Shown here piece by piece: positions 61,001 to 64,000 of a DNA stretch of 64,000 nt (positions within the stretch are counted from its first letter, which is position 1; every line of letters begins with the position of its first letter). This stretch comes from Gordius albopunctatus (lineage: Eukaryota). The stretch is taken from contig OZ193910.1 in the NCBI GenBank assembly GCA_964276515.1, forward strand, positions 6,262,001-6,326,000, written 5' to 3'. The notes under the pieces were generated by a model. The model had not been told where the DNA came from and made no database searches. It was given only the letters and a program-made list of their open reading frames with translations. Made by a program: the position numbers and the translations under genes.

Positions 61001-64000
61001 CGTCCTATTTAGAGAGGAATTTGTTTTAAAAAAACTTTTGCATTTCTTATAACGTATATGTTGTTTATTTTTCAAACAGTTACTTTAACATGCTTATTAA
61101 TAAATTAATGGCCAAGCACTCAGATTACATATATTGTCGTATGTAATGAAGCAATTGAAAATTCTTGAAAAATTATTATCAGTGTGGTTGCGGTCCATTT
61201 ACCAATCCAACTAGTTTATATTTACATTAAAGCTAACCACTATATACATTTAATGAATGATTAATCGAAAAATAAGATTGGGGAAATGGAGGAGTGCTTT
61301 CATTAACTCCTCATTTAATATGAAGGCACTTTAAATTAGCGTTCAAATGGGAAATAACATTAAATACATGATATATAAAAAGGGAGTCAAATGGGAGACC
61401 AACATGAGACATAGAGATCGATTCGCGATAAAATTAGAGCATTATATATTGACTGCAAAATACAAAATGTATAAAATTAATGCGATGAGATGAGGCTATT
61501 TTAATATGTCCCCCGAAGGCAGGTTCCCAAATAATAGCGTCATGTGTGTGTGCGATCTTAATTCTTGGCTGTGCTGCTAATGTGAAAAATGTTAGCTTAA
61601 TGGGCAGCGGGGGGGGGGAAGGTTTAATAATGATTTGATAAGGATTAAAAAAATTTGTAGATCTTGGTTTTCTTCAATAAGGATGGTCTTTATAATTTTC
61701 AAAGAACCAAAAAATTTTGCATATATATGATAAAATTTTAGTAAGCTACTAATCTTAAATTAAGTAATATTTATGATAAATGTTAAAAGTTGTTTGACAT
61801 GTCATAATTGTGTCGGCCTGCCAAAATGTTTAGTAAAAGCTTTAATGGGAAGATTTTTAAGGGGAAGATGTATCGGGTGCGGGTGAACCTAGAGAATCAA
61901 AAATCAATGTGAGATATGCTTAAAAACAATTTCTAGTAATAAAAATATATGTGGCGCCATAGAAATTGTCCCGATGATAAAAAACAAAGTTCTCAAGGCC
62001 TCAGGCAAATTTGACTGAAGCAGAAAGACTTTTACTACCCCCACCCACAATCAAAATGTAGAAAGAAGGTTATCATGTTTTGTAGTTAAAATATTTAGGG
62101 AATTTTTCCCTCCGAACTTTACTGCCACGATTAGAACATTCGAATAAATATAAAAATAAATAATATTAATTAATAATTTTTATTGTGGGAATGCTAAAAA
62201 GAAGGAGGACGGAGTGGAATGGAACCAAAGCTCGGGAGTTAGGAAAAAGATAGAAGCTATTCTACAGTGAGTAGTCACCAATTCGTAGAAACGAAGCCTT
62301 GCATTTGATTTTATAAAAAATACAATAATAAAAAAACATATAAACCGAATATGAGTATTTTTAAGATTTGTTTGGGTAATAATTTAAATTAATTGTTATG
62401 TAATTATTAGACTACCCCTCGTCTGTAGAAAATATTTCTGTTCCGTCATCTATATCCAACGCCTACGTGCCCAACACTTTACCTCGCTTATTTAATTCTC
62501 ATTGACTTTTAATATTTTTCCTTTAAAAATATACCTTCTTCATGTCGCCAATAAGGTAGGTAGATATTATAAATGATGATGATTCTATAATTTTTTTTGC
62601 GCTCTGGGAATGTGAAGAGAATTAATAAAGGATACATTTTATATCAAAAAATATATAATATAAAATAAATATCATTGACCGATAAATCAAAATTAATAAT
62701 TTGTGTTTATTAAGGAGGTATTTTTGTGGAAAAAGAGCTCGAATTTTAAGTTAGGATTGTTCGTCTAGTAGTTTACAATAACTATATAATATCAATACGT
62801 ATGTAATCTAGTTTGTGTGTTCTTGAGGAGGAATAACAAAAAACCACTCTAAATAATATATATTTTTATGTTCACCCCTTCCTCCAAAATTGCACTTTGA
62901 GGCTTAGCAAAACGATAAAGATCCATAGAGGTGGTACAAGGGAGTGAGTTTGTTTATTATCTCAGCATAAATAAATTTAATAAAGTGGCGCGTAAAAACA
63001 CAAAAATTGTGACGAGTAACATCAAATTTACTCGGGGATAGTGTTTATATTCACAAAAATAACTGCAGGCAATTTTGTTGGACTTTTATTTTTTCGTTGG
63101 CCATAGCTAAATTGTTGTTAAATTTAATGACCAAAACTCTCACTTATAGGTGGCAATTTTTAAAACATGACCCCGTTTTCTCACTAAATATAAAATATAT
63201 AACTTCTTTTATTAAAATTTTAAACTTTTGTGATATTAGCGTGATAAAGAATGATGGTAGGTTATATGAACTTTACTTGTAGGTTTTATTGATCAGATTA
63301 ACCCCCCCCACTCCCTCCATCTGTTCTATTGGTTGGGATAACAAAAATTCAAGGCGGCAAATATTTCCTAATCATTTATTCAACTCGCGAAACGAGAAAA
63401 ATTTTTTTCGCTTAAAATCGAAAACCTTATACTCACACCACAATTTGGCTGAGCAAATTAGTAAAAATATACCTAAAATATAATGGATTTGGCTATAAAT
63501 ACATGACGTTGAAATTTTGCGAAATGACACCGGCTAACACAACAGGTCCGTTGTTGAATTTTTAAACTAATCAAAAGTCGTTATTACTTTAAATTTCATA
63601 CGCATTAAATCATAAAAGATAAAAATCTTCTAATTAATTTTTTGCCAACCAGACCGTAAAGAATTATAGATAGCAAGGAGTTTGAATGCAACTAAGTCAT
63701 ATTTAAGTTTAAGGTCTTATATTCAGGCACAAAATTAAAATTAAGATATATTAAAAAAGTTGCATCATTCACATAATATATAAGTTTATGGAAATCTCTA
63801 GACTATTTTTTCTAATTATTTTATAACTTTTCATTAAAAATATCTTAATTACATAAAAGCTTGAATAAGTTAATTAAGAACCTGAAATTTTAAATTAATT
63901 TTAATCTATGCATGCAAATGATAAAGTTTCAATAAGCTTGATGATTAATTAACCTTTATATTAGTTTTCAAATGGACAGTTTGGTCCTAAATTGATTTTG

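Noticed and set aside
62400..63620. Possible 5' exons of unc-76 (e.g. FSEKTGSCFKN near 63160)
   Set aside because: Similarity is weak and splice structure could not be resolved by eye, so these were left out of the gene coordinates.

Overview
AT-rich genomic DNA from an invertebrate animal with many ~50-70 bp introns; the species cannot be identified from the sequence. Four host genes are recognisable: a kinectin/RRBP1-like coiled-coil membrane protein (+, 16534-23340), RNA polymerase II subunit RPB9 (-, 23694-25077), a TRPC-family channel (-, 30643-42334) and a FEZ1/UNC-76 homologue (-, 53948 to at least 61000). They lie among densely nested transposable elements: RTE LINEs, PIF/Harbinger, MULE, hAT relics and MITEs, a Helitron and two TRIM-like mini-LTR elements. 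The main discovery is two diverged copies (about 12775-15720 and 42780-45295, both minus strand) of a small reverse-transcribing element. Its RT-RNase H carries hepadnavirus-type signatures (AAF-x-IP, PMG-xx-SP-x-x-LQ, NPADxPSR). It has an overlapping upstream core/gag-like ORF and no integrase, tyrosine recombinase, protease or envelope. Copy 1 is bounded by 73-bp direct repeats 2781 bp apart, with a TATA/Inr and a poly(A) signal at its 3' end. A second highlight is a twister ribozyme sitting exactly at the 5' end of an RTE retrotransposon (6521-6575). All calls were made by eye without database searches, so exon and element boundaries not marked by TIR/TSD are approximate.
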